In this document: positions 9,146 through 17,497 of the stretch, piece after piece
Numbering within the stretch: the stretch's first letter is position 1
Layout of the letters: each line of letters starts with the position of its first letter
Source: a virus
Direction: 5' to 3' (one strand)
Virus record (IMG/VR): IMGVR_UViG_3300006793_000021
Coordinates: 1 to 64,000 of that record
Length of the DNA stretch: 64,000 nucleotides
Program-made: the position numbers and the translations under genes
The notes under the pieces: model-generated
What the model was told of the DNA's origin: nothing
The model's database searches: none
Seen by the model: the letters and a program-made list of their open reading frames with translations, nothing else

Positions 9146-9874
9146 TTGCCGAAGATAGACAAGTCGCAATACACCAAACAACAATGGAAAATAGTTAGAG
9201 AAGAAAGACGTAACAAAAAACGTGAACGTCTTATTCGTGAAAACACTGTTCCATTAAACACGTTATTGCAAACAGCAAATAAAGGTAAAGTTGGCTTTGT
9301 GCTAGGTAATGGCACAAGTAGAAGTAGTATTGATGTTGAAGAATTACAAAAGCATGGTAAAACATATGCATGTAATGCTGTATATAGAAACGGTATTACT
9401 CCAGACTATCTAGTTGCTGTTGATACAAAAATGATACTAGAGATTACAAGCACTGGTTATCACAACAATAATAAAGTTTACACAAATCCTAATAAATCAT
9501 ATTCAGGTATAAAAAACTTAAATTTTTTCAATCCTAGTAAAGGCTGGTCTAGCGGACCAACAGCATTATGGCTAGCTTCACAGCACGGATATGAAAAAAT
9601 ATACATTCTAGGCTTTGACTACAAAGGACTAGACGATGGCAAAAGATTAAACAATATATTTGCAAATACACGTAACTACAAAAAATCAACAGATGGTGCA
9701 ACTTTTTTTGGTAACTGGATGCGACAAACCATTGCTGTACTACGTGAAAACCCACATATTGAGTTTAACAGGATAATATTACCTGATAACTATATACCTG
9801 ACGAACTAAATACTTTTGACAATTTGAAGCACATTCTAGTAGATGATTTCAAGGAAATATACGATCTTTCCTAG
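9146..9874 (+). CDS. Glycosyltransferase-like protein (Maf/DUF115, sialyltransferase-like fold)
   Basis: VLGNGTSR, YACNAVYR, PDYLVAVD, WSSGPTALWLA, IYILGFD motifs. Confidence 0.6.
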   Translation: MPKIDKSQYTKQQWKIVREERRNKKRERLIRENTVPLNTLLQTANKGKVGFVLGNGTSRSSIDVEELQKHGKTYACNAVYRNGITPDYLVAVDTKMILEITSTGYHNNNKVYTNPNKSYSGIKNLNFFNPSKGWSSGPTALWLASQHGYEKIYILGFDYKGLDDGKRLNNIFANTRNYKKSTDGATFFGNWMRQTIAVLRENPHIEFNRIILPDNYIPDELNTFDNLKHILVDDFKEIYDLS

Positions 9875-9923
9875 CATCTAGTCAAAAAGGCGCAAAAATC
9901 GCCTATATCTACGTAGTTTTCCG

Positions 9924-9931
9924 TATAAATA
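9924..9931 (+). promoter_or_regulatory. Late promoter TATAAATA (head operon)
   Basis: Exact consensus upstream of the AGGAG SD and ATG at 9984. Confidence 0.8.
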
Positions 9932-9983
9932 GTAAATACAAATGACAGCCTTACCATAGGTAACAATTTTATAGGAGAAAACA

Positions 9984-10955
9984 ATGGCAGATCGCAACAA
10001 GTTTGAAGAAATGCTTGAGCGCCTAATTGCAGAAGACAAAGCAGGTGCTGAAGAATTATTTCACGAAATCGTAGTTGAAAAATCAAGAGACATCTACGAA
10101 AATATTTTAGAAAATGACTTAGAAGAAGTAGCCGACGAAGAAGTCGACGAAGCTACTGATGAGGAAGTTGATGAAACTACTGATGAAGAAGTAGACGAAG
10201 CAACTGACGAAGAAGTTGATGAAGACGAAGACAAAGTTGATGAAAACTTTGATCTTGATGAATTTGAAGTTGAAGGCGACGACGACATGGGCGGTGACCC
10301 AGCAGACGATATGATGGGTGACATCGAGGATGCAGTTGACGGCGACGAAGGCGAAGAAGATGAAGGTGGAGAAGGCGATGTTGAAGATCGTGTTGAAGAC
10401 CTAGAAGATGCACTAGACGATCTTAAAGCTGAATTTGAAAAAATGATGGCTGGCGATGAAGGCGAAGAAGCTGGAGACGAAGAAGAAGCTGGTGATGAAG
10501 AAGCCCCTGAAGAAGAGGCTTATAACTTTGGCGAAGCTGAAGAAGATACTGACGAAGCAGTTGAAGAAGCAACAGACGAAGAAGTAGATGAAACTACAGA
10601 CGAAGAAGTTGACGAATCAAAAGAGCCTAAGTCAGACATTGATGTAATGAAAGAGTATGTGGAAAAAGTAACTGCTTCTATGGGCGACAACGGCGCAAAC
10701 GCTAAGTCAACTGTAGCAGGTTCTAACGATATGGGCGGAAGTGCAAGTAACATAGTTGCTGGCGGAGAGTCTGATACAAAAGGAACTACTGGCGGATTAG
10801 CGGCAAACACTACTAAAGATGAAACAGCAGGGAACGTTAACGTACCAGGCGGAAAAGCATCTAAGTCAATGAAAGCTGAACCAAAAGGCCACGGCGCAGA
10901 GAAAAAAGGCGCAGGCGAAACAGCTGACAATAAAAAATCTATAGTCGGCAAATAA
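9984..10955 (+). CDS. Highly acidic prohead core protein
   Basis: Asp/Glu-rich with EEVDE(A/T)TD repeats; lies between portal and protease like T4 gp67/68; strong SD. Confidence 0.65.
   Translation: MADRNKFEEMLERLIAEDKAGAEELFHEIVVEKSRDIYENILENDLEEVADEEVDEATDEEVDETTDEEVDEATDEEVDEDEDKVDENFDLDEFEVEGDDDMGGDPADDMMGDIEDAVDGDEGEEDEGGEGDVEDRVEDLEDALDDLKAEFEKMMAGDEGEEAGDEEEAGDEEAPEEEAYNFGEAEEDTDEAVEEATDEEVDETTDEEVDESKEPKSDIDVMKEYVEKVTASMGDNGANAKSTVAGSNDMGGSASNIVAGGESDTKGTTGGLAANTTKDETAGNVNVPGGKASKSMKAEPKGHGAEKKGAGETADNKKSIVGK
10126..10230 (+). repeat. 24-nt coding tandem repeat (EEVDEATD/EEVDETTD)
   Basis: About four imperfect units here, and a second run at ~10550-10620. Confidence 0.8.
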
Positions 10956-10970
10956 TAAGGTTGAACTAGA

Positions 10971-11606
10971 ATGAACAACTTTTTAAGAGAGCACTTGACA
11001 TTCGACCAGGCTAATATAGTCGTTGAGTCTACCGATAACTCCAAAGGAGGCAAAGACCTTTATATGAAAGGTATTTGTATACAAGGCGGTGTGCGTAACG
11101 CAAACCAACGTGTGTATCCTGTAGAAGAAATTGGTAGGGCTGTCAAAACTCTCAATGATCAAATATCCGGAGGATATAGTGTACTCGGGGAAGTTGATCA
11201 TCCAGAAGGCCTTAATATTAACTTAGACCGTGTAAGTCACATGATAACAGATTGTTGGATGGACGGCCCAAACGGTTATGGCAAGTTAAAAATTTTACCA
11301 ACTCCTATGGGAAAACTAGTTGAAACAATGCTGGAAAGCGGCGTTAAATTAGGTGTTTCCAGTAGGGGCTCTGGTAACGTTTCAGAAGACGGAGGCAATC
11401 AAGTCTCCGATTTTGAAATTATAACAGTTGATGTCGTGGCGCAACCAAGTGCGCCAGGCGCTTACCCAACACCAATCTACGAGCATTTAATGAATGCACG
11501 TGGCGGAATGAAGGCATACGAAATGGCACAGGCAACAAAACAAGACCCAAAGGCACAAAAGTATCTAAAGGAATCGCTAGTGAATATCATTAGCAAACTC
11601 CAATAA
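10971..11606 (+). CDS. gp21: Prohead protease
   Basis: NANQRVYP, LGEVDHP, RVSH, GVSSRGSG, DVVAQPSAPGAYP. Confidence 0.95.
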   Translation: MNNFLREHLTFDQANIVVESTDNSKGGKDLYMKGICIQGGVRNANQRVYPVEEIGRAVKTLNDQISGGYSVLGEVDHPEGLNINLDRVSHMITDCWMDGPNGYGKLKILPTPMGKLVETMLESGVKLGVSSRGSGNVSEDGGNQVSDFEIITVDVVAQPSAPGAYPTPIYEHLMNARGGMKAYEMAQATKQDPKAQKYLKESLVNIISKLQ

Positions 11607-11621
11607 CGAGGAGAAAATAAT

Positions 11622-12731
11622 ATGTTGGATGCACTAAAAACACTTTTCGAAAACGATGTAGTTACGGAAGAAGTGCGCAACGAAATTCAAGAAGCTTGGG
11701 ACGCGAAGATCAAAGAGAATCGCCAGCAAGTAACATCAGAGCTACGTGAAGAATTTGCTAAGAAATATGAGCATGACAAAAGTACAATGGTTGAAGCCAT
11801 TGATACACTTGTATCTGAACGTTTAGCAGAAGAAATTGCTGAGTTTGCGGATGACCGCAAAGCATTAGCAGAAGCCCGTGCAAAATATGCAGTTGCTCAG
11901 CGTGAAAACGCAGAGAAACTAAAAGGATTTGTTATGGAGCAACTAACTAAAGAAGTTGGTGAGCTACATGAAGATCAAAAAGCAATGGCGGTTAACTTCG
12001 GCAAGCTAGAAGAATTTGTTGTAGAAGCACTTGCAAAAGAACTTGCAGAGTTTAACGAAGACAAAAAAGATTTAGCAGAAACTAAAGTACGTTTAGTACG
12101 TGAAGCTAAATCACACTTCGCTAAAGTTAAAACTAACTTTATCGAAAGAAGTGCTAAAGCAGTATCAGAAACAGTTGACAAAGCTCTTAAAGGAGAAATT
12201 GGTCAACTTAAAGAAGATATTGAAGAAGCACGTAGAAACGATTTTGGGCGTAAACTGTTTGAAGCATTTGCTTCAGAATACGCAGGAAGCTACCTAAATG
12301 AAGCGTCAGAAACAGCTAAACTAATTAATGTTATCGCTATGAAAGATAAACAAATTAGTGAAGCAAAAACATTTGCTACTAAAGCTAAAGCATTAGCAGA
12401 ATCTCAGGCAACTGAGAAGAAGCGTTTAGTAGAAGCGGCAGAAAGAAAAGACGTACTTAATGAACTTGTTGGACCTTTAAGCAAGGACCAAAAAGAGATT
12501 ATGACAGACTTACTGGAATCTGTACAAACTGCAAAACTACGTTCTGCGTTTGACAAGTACCTACCGGCAGTAATAGACGGGAATACTCCAGCCAAAAAGG
12601 CAATTTTATCAGAAGGCAAAGAAGTTACAGGCAACCGTGAACAAAGTTCACAAACTAACGTTAGTAGACAAGCAGACGCAGAACAATTCAACAGAAATGT
12701 TGTAGACATTGTGCGTTTAGCTGGAATATAA
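11622..12731 (+). CDS. gp22: Prohead scaffolding/core protein
   Basis: Coiled-coil, Glu/Lys-rich, between the protease and major capsid genes. Confidence 0.85.
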   Translation: MLDALKTLFENDVVTEEVRNEIQEAWDAKIKENRQQVTSELREEFAKKYEHDKSTMVEAIDTLVSERLAEEIAEFADDRKALAEARAKYAVAQRENAEKLKGFVMEQLTKEVGELHEDQKAMAVNFGKLEEFVVEALAKELAEFNEDKKDLAETKVRLVREAKSHFAKVKTNFIERSAKAVSETVDKALKGEIGQLKEDIEEARRNDFGRKLFEAFASEYAGSYLNEASETAKLINVIAMKDKQISEAKTFATKAKALAESQATEKKRLVEAAERKDVLNELVGPLSKDQKEIMTDLLESVQTAKLRSAFDKYLPAVIDGNTPAKKAILSEGKEVTGNREQSSQTNVSRQADAEQFNRNVVDIVRLAGI

Positions 12732-12747
12732 TTTAAGGAGATATGAA

Positions 12748-13920
12748 ATGTCAGAACTACTAGAAAGTCGCTGGCAGGAGACCAAAGGTGCACTAGTTGA
12801 AGGATTAACAGGAAATAAGAAATCTGTTATGGAAGCAACACTTGAAAATACTCGCAAGTATTTGTCAGAGAGTGCAACAGCAGGTGCAACTTCTGCAGGC
12901 AACGTAGCAACTCTAAATAGAGTTATTTTACCAGTTATTAGACGTGTAATGCCAACTGTGATCGCGAACGAGATCGTTGGTGTTCAGCCTATGACAGGAC
13001 CAGTGGGTCAAATCCACACATTACGAGTACGTTACGCTGATGCCTTTACAGGTACAGCAGGCGGATCAGCGGCAGCAGGCGAAGAGGCTTTAAGCCCATT
13101 CAAAATTGCTGAAGGCTATTCAGGTAATGCAAATGGTAAAGCAGATCCAACAGCATCAAAAGAAGGTGTTGCTGGTAACAGACTAAGCATTCAGATTTTA
13201 AAGCAAACAGTCGAAGCTAAGACACGTAAATTGTCAGCTCGCTGGACGTTTGAATCTGCACAAGATGCGCAGTCACAACATGGTATTGATGTTGAAGCAG
13301 AAATCATGGCAGCTCTTGCACAAGAGATCACTGCTGAGATTGATCAAGAAGTATTAACTTCATTAGCATCATTAGCAGGTACAGGTACTGATACTTACAA
13401 CCAAGCTGGTGTAAGTGGTACTGCAACATTCGTCGGTGACGAACATGCGGCATTAGCTGTATTAATTAACAGAGCGGCAAACAGAATTGCACAAAGAACA
13501 CGTAGAGGCGCAGGTAACTGGGCTGTTGTTTCTCCAGCAATTTTAACTGTCCTTCAATCAGCAACAACTTCAGCGTTTGCAAGAACAACTGAAGGTACGT
13601 TTGAAGCACCAACTAACACTAAAATGGTTGGTACATTGAACAACGCTATGAAGATCTATGTTAATACATACGCGGCAGACGACGATGTACTAGTTGGCTA
13701 CAAAGGCTCAAGTGAATCAGATGCGGCAGCATTCTATTGCCCATACATTCCACTAATGAGCTCAGGTGTTGTACTAGACCCAACTTCATTCGAACCAGTT
13801 GTATCATTTATGACTAGATACGGATATGTTGAGTTAAACAACACAGCGTCATCTTTAGGTAACGCGGCTGATTACGTTGAAAAAGTTGAAGTGAATAGCG
13901 GCAACTTATCATTCTCGTAA
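12748..13920 (+). CDS. gp23: Major capsid protein
   Basis: GVQPMTGPVGQI, VEAKTRKLSARWT, AFYCPYIPL, FMTRYG. Confidence 0.97.
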   Translation: MSELLESRWQETKGALVEGLTGNKKSVMEATLENTRKYLSESATAGATSAGNVATLNRVILPVIRRVMPTVIANEIVGVQPMTGPVGQIHTLRVRYADAFTGTAGGSAAAGEEALSPFKIAEGYSGNANGKADPTASKEGVAGNRLSIQILKQTVEAKTRKLSARWTFESAQDAQSQHGIDVEAEIMAALAQEITAEIDQEVLTSLASLAGTGTDTYNQAGVSGTATFVGDEHAALAVLINRAANRIAQRTRRGAGNWAVVSPAILTVLQSATTSAFARTTEGTFEAPTNTKMVGTLNNAMKIYVNTYAADDDVLVGYKGSSESDAAAFYCPYIPLMSSGVVLDPTSFEPVVSFMTRYGYVELNNTASSLGNAADYVEKVEVNSGNLSFS

Positions 13921-13945
13921 GCAGAATATAGTTTTTAACTATACT

Positions 13946-13973
13946 AAAGGGCGGCTTAGGTCGCCCTTTTTTT
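13946..13973 (+). terminator. Rho-independent terminator after the capsid gene
   Basis: AAAGGGCGGC-TTAG-GTCGCCC followed by a T-run. Confidence 0.9.
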
Positions 13974-14045
13974 ACGGCTGAAGATTCGATGTACGGTTAA
14001 ATACCGCAGTAAGAACCCCTAACTATTTTCGAAAGGAAAATAAAA

Positions 14046-15062
14046 ATGAAACGGACTATAGTTATTCTGTCTGCTCTTTTCGCTTTGATATCATTTCAAG
14101 CATTTGCAGACACAAAGACCCTCGAAGAAAGAGTTGCTGATTTAGAAAAGTCAGCACCAACGTTACCAACAGGAATGTTTGTTAACGGAAACATTGAAGT
14201 ATATTACGATTCAGATACTTATGATTCAGATTTTGATACACGAGCAGAAGTGTTTGTAGGACTACAATCTCAATTAGACGGCCCTATTGATTGGGCAGGC
14301 GCAAGTACTAGATTTGACTCTCATTATTCTTTAGATACAACATTAAACAATAGCATTGTTGAAAAACAAATTGGCGTTGGTTTAGGAAATACTAGACTTT
14401 ATGTAGGCGAAACAGATGCACAAAGACTAGGATTTGCTAAAACAGCTAAAATTGGTTTACCACTTATTATTACAGAATCTAATAGTAGAATTGACCATAA
14501 AGAAAAACTTGTACTAACATTTGGCGGATGGGAAAATAATAACGAATTTGATTTTGATGAGCATAGACTAAGCAGAGATTTACCAATTGGATTTACTGTA
14601 GGTTATGATGCAGAAGCAAGTACAGTATACTTAGGTGGTACTGTAAGTTTAGCAGGATTTGCAGAACTATCATATATGCAAATTGGTAATAAAAACAATA
14701 TTACTGACAACGAACTAAATCAACAAGGTGTTGCTGTAGGTTCACAAGTATTACGTAGATACGGCATTCCAGTAGGATTTGGTGTTGAAGTATGGGACGA
14801 TAAGAATACAGGATTAGCAAAAGATGATCGTGTTGACCTTGGTCTTATGTACAACTATTCTAAAGAAACAATGTTTACTGCACATAGAGTATTAAACGAT
14901 GACTTAGGAACTGACGGTACATATCTTGGTGTAGTACATACAGTAGGACCAGTAGAAACAGGTTTCTATTATCATACAGATGTTAAAAATACAAGTGTAT
15001 GGACAGGTGCAACAACTGAGAGTGACGATAGTATTAAAGCTACTCTTAAGTACAAGTTTTAA
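14046..15062 (+). CDS. Outer-membrane porin-like beta-barrel protein
   Basis: Sec signal peptide (MKRTIVILSALFALISFQAFA), short coiled coil LEERVADLEK, alternating amphipathic strands, C-terminal LKYKF (BAM beta-signal). Confidence 0.8.
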   Translation: MKRTIVILSALFALISFQAFADTKTLEERVADLEKSAPTLPTGMFVNGNIEVYYDSDTYDSDFDTRAEVFVGLQSQLDGPIDWAGASTRFDSHYSLDTTLNNSIVEKQIGVGLGNTRLYVGETDAQRLGFAKTAKIGLPLIITESNSRIDHKEKLVLTFGGWENNNEFDFDEHRLSRDLPIGFTVGYDAEASTVYLGGTVSLAGFAELSYMQIGNKNNITDNELNQQGVAVGSQVLRRYGIPVGFGVEVWDDKNTGLAKDDRVDLGLMYNYSKETMFTAHRVLNDDLGTDGTYLGVVHTVGPVETGFYYHTDVKNTSVWTGATTESDDSIKATLKYKF

Positions 15063-15068
15063 TAAATA
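15061..15068 (+). promoter_or_regulatory. Late promoter variant AATAAATA
   Basis: 7/8 match, 6 nt before the riboswitch-like element. Confidence 0.55.
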
Positions 15069-15074
15069 ATATTA

Positions 15075-15115
15075 CGTTCAGCCAATAGGCCGGGAGTAGC
15101 ACAAGCGAAGGAACG
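15075..15115 (+). ncRNA. glnA-motif (glutamine-I) riboswitch aptamer
   Basis: CGUUC-A-GCC-aaua-GGC-CGGGAGUA-GC-acaa-GC-GAAG-GAACG: P1 CGUUC/GAACG, P2 hairpin, E-loop AGUA/GAA, P3. Matches the glnA three-way junction architecture. Confidence 0.75.
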
Positions 15116-15142
15116 CACTTAACCTTTAACAAGGAGAGTGTT

Positions 15143-15241
15143 ATGGATAATTACACGCTTTGGTGCTTTCAACGAATCATTAAACAGCACCATATAAAAA
15201 AAGTTAACTTTTTATTAAAAAAGAGGTTGACTTCTGCTTAA
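15143..15241 (+). CDS. 32-aa basic peptide downstream of the riboswitch
   Basis: AAGGAG SD, then MDNYTLWCFQRIIKQHHIKKVNFLLKKRLTSA*. Below the ORF-track cutoff. Confidence 0.5.
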   Translation: MDNYTLWCFQRIIKQHHIKKVNFLLKKRLTSA

Positions 15242-15255
15242 TAGTTTGTTATATT
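15227..15255 (+). promoter_or_regulatory. Sigma70-type promoter
   Basis: TTGACT, 17-nt spacer, TATATT with an extended -10 TG. Confidence 0.75.
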
Positions 15256-15261
15256 AAGTAC

Positions 15262-15504
15262 ATAAGTTAGACGACGGTGTAACTTAGATAGTGCAAGGAA
15301 GAGGAGTTACAGGCTCCGAACTTGACTAGTAGCTGTAGTGGCATTGCGTGACTGTGGAGACACAGAGACGTATTTCCGAACGTAACTGTTTGGTGCGAGG
15401 TTTGCGGGAACGACAGACAGACTGTTAACCGCATTGTTGGTATTCTGAAGTCCAACCTATCACTTTTATTAAAAGCTCGATACTTAATTGTGTCGGGCTT
15501 TTTT
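15262..15504 (+). ncRNA. Unidentified structured ncRNA (~240 nt)
   Basis: Bounded by a sigma70 promoter and a terminator; no sense ORF in the track; GC-richer than its flanks; several hairpins including a GNRA loop. Confidence 0.7.
15471..15504 (+). terminator. Rho-independent terminator (possibly bidirectional)
   Basis: AAAAGCTCGATAC-ttaatt-GTGTCGGGCTTTTTT. Confidence 0.85.
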
Positions 15505-15511
15505 CTTTTAT

Positions 15512-15519
15512 GATAAATA
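15512..15519 (+). promoter_or_regulatory. Late promoter variant GATAAATA
   Basis: Directly after the terminator and ahead of a structural operon. Confidence 0.65.
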
Positions 15520-15530
15520 CATATGTCAAA

Positions 15531-15598
15531 TAGTGTGCCGCAAGGCGGACTTATGCTGTTTAACCCACAGCGTAGCTCATAGAACGGGCATAGGACTA
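15531..15598 (+). promoter_or_regulatory. Structured 5' leader RNA
   Basis: GCC-GCAA-GGC, UAUGCUGU/ACAGCGUA and GCUC/GGGC stems, closed by UAGU/ACUA. Confidence 0.55.
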
Positions 15599-15617
15599 CT
15601 TAAATAGGAGAAAACAA

Positions 15618-16067
15618 ATGGGAAGACCACTTAATAAAAGATTATTCGGAACACCAACAGCTAATGGTTCTGAAGTTAAAGTAAACTTTCATAACGGCAC
15701 AGCAGTTAAAGAAGGTTATATCGTAAAGCAAAAAGGCTCAAAGAAATTTGTATGTGAAGAAATTGAAACAGCAGGCGAATTTACTTGTGTACTAACAACT
15801 GGTAAATTACCAGCGGCACTAGCGGCAGGCGAAATGTCAATTTCATTCAAAATGGATGATGCAGAAACATACACAGTAAGTAAAATTGCTGGACGTAAAG
15901 CAACATTATCAGCACCAAGTGCAACAGGTACTAACTTATATGACGGCAACAGTGTTGCTTGGAACTTTAGTACATCTGTAGCAGATGGAGCGGCACAAGT
16001 TGAAGAAGCAGGTGATGATAACACATTAACTGGTACTGATGACGACGACTTTACAGAAGACGCATAA
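15618..16067 (+). CDS. Putative virion structural protein
   Basis: 149 aa, strong SD, first gene after a late promoter. Confidence 0.6.
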   Translation: MGRPLNKRLFGTPTANGSEVKVNFHNGTAVKEGYIVKQKGSKKFVCEEIETAGEFTCVLTTGKLPAALAAGEMSISFKMDDAETYTVSKIAGRKATLSAPSATGTNLYDGNSVAWNFSTSVADGAAQVEEAGDDNTLTGTDDDDFTEDA

Positions 16068-16078
16068 GGACTAATTTA

Positions 16079-16444
16079 ATGGGACATCCAGTAAATGTTT
16101 TTTGGGAACTTTTAAAGAATCTAAAAGACTTGGTTGTTTCAGTAAAAATTGGAAGCTCTAAGGCAGTTCCACATGGTGCTGTTTTAGAGCAACTTAGCAA
16201 TACAAAGTTTAAAGTTGAAGACGGAGAAGGAAATCAAGGCGTGTGCGAACTAGTTAATAAAAATACAGAACAATTATTAGACAACGAAATGTCTATTCTT
16301 GGGTTTGTGTTAAACAGTTCAGCATTTGTATATATTGCTTCAATAGTTAACGACATTATGAATGACTTTACAAACAAAGAATATACTTGGCATTTAGATA
16401 ATGATTCTACAACCAATGTATTAATATTAACGGGAAAACTATAG
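16079..16444 (+). CDS. Diverged paralog of 15618..16067
   Basis: Shared pattern MG(R/H)P, VK, G-x3-Q-x4-KF, C-x-L, EMSI. Confidence 0.55.
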   Translation: MGHPVNVFWELLKNLKDLVVSVKIGSSKAVPHGAVLEQLSNTKFKVEDGEGNQGVCELVNKNTEQLLDNEMSILGFVLNSSAFVYIASIVNDIMNDFTNKEYTWHLDNDSTTNVLILTGKL

Positions 16445-17497
16445 ATGTCAAAGTTTCTAAATATAGATGGCGACTATAAAATTTCAGTCACAGACGGTGG
16501 AGAGATTAGACTTGATCCAGGCACCGACGGTAAAGTAAAAATTATCGGTGACTTAGAAGTTGATGGTGACCAAACTATTATTAATAGTTCTACTCTTGTA
16601 GTAGATGATCCTTTTGTCACAGTAAACCAAGGTGGCGTATCAGGCGGAGTAGTAAATAACTCCGAAGGCGATGTTGCAGGTATACAAATTGACAGAGGTG
16701 GAAGTGATGCATTTTGGGTATACGATGAGCAAGGACTTGCTGACGCAGTATTCATAGGTAGACTCGGTAGTCCATCAACAGGAACTATTGTTGATCTTAG
16801 AACATCAAGAATACAAACAGGCGGTGCTGATCTTAAATTAATTAATGACGGTACTGGCATTGTTACTGTAGAAGGTTGTACAGATTATGAAAAACAAATA
16901 TTCGAGTATGACGGATCATTAGTTGACTTTACTGTTAACCCAGTATTAAAAGCAAATCAACATGACACATTAATAAATGCAAAAGGTGTTGTTGATTATG
17001 TAGATGGCTTCTTTGTTGGTAAATTCCAAAACAAAATTGAATCATTAGACACATTTGTTGTTGTACATGATAGTGATGCATTTGCAATAGACGAAAGTGC
17101 TATTGAATTTACTATTGATAATACACCAGCGGCAAAGTTCTTTAATAACAGAGCAGAGCTACAGCATTTAAGAATTCAAGACACAACAATCGAAACTACA
17201 TCAAGTAATGCAGATTTAGTTTTAAGCGCACCTGGAACAGGTAATGTACAAGTCAATGACGTTTTGTATATTACGCAAGGTCCATATCAAGATGATGATG
17301 GAACAGGCGGCGGAGGTATACCAAACTTTGGTGTAGATGCGGACACAGCCAATCCGGACGCTCCAACAGATGGTATTAAATTATACAGTAAAGCAGAAGG
17401 TGCGGCAGGCTCTAGCTTATATTTCATCAATGGTGGATCAGTACAAGATGAATTGGTAAGTAAAAAGAAAGCACTACTGTTTTCGATGATATTATAA
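16445..17497 (+). CDS. Virion structural protein (fibre/baseplate type)
   Basis: GDLEVDGDQT, AGIQIDRG and an SNADLVLSAPGTG repeat shared with the giant fibre proteins. Confidence 0.6.
   Translation: MSKFLNIDGDYKISVTDGGEIRLDPGTDGKVKIIGDLEVDGDQTIINSSTLVVDDPFVTVNQGGVSGGVVNNSEGDVAGIQIDRGGSDAFWVYDEQGLADAVFIGRLGSPSTGTIVDLRTSRIQTGGADLKLINDGTGIVTVEGCTDYEKQIFEYDGSLVDFTVNPVLKANQHDTLINAKGVVDYVDGFFVGKFQNKIESLDTFVVVHDSDAFAIDESAIEFTIDNTPAAKFFNNRAELQHLRIQDTTIETTSSNADLVLSAPGTGNVQVNDVLYITQGPYQDDDGTGGGGIPNFGVDADTANPDAPTDGIKLYSKAEGAAGSSLYFINGGSVQDELVSKKKALLFSMIL

Noticed and set aside
10126-10620. CRISPR-like periodic repeats
   Set aside because: In-frame degenerate coding repeats without unique spacers; no cas genes.
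15267-15455. 62-aa minus-strand ORF
   Set aside because: No SD and atypical composition; lies antisense to a promoter/terminator-bounded structured RNA.
15262-15504. tRNA, tmRNA, RNase P or group I/II intron identity for the ncRNA
   Set aside because: No cloverleaf, T-loop or CCA end; no RNase P GAGGAAAGUCC; no interrupted host gene or clear intron core.
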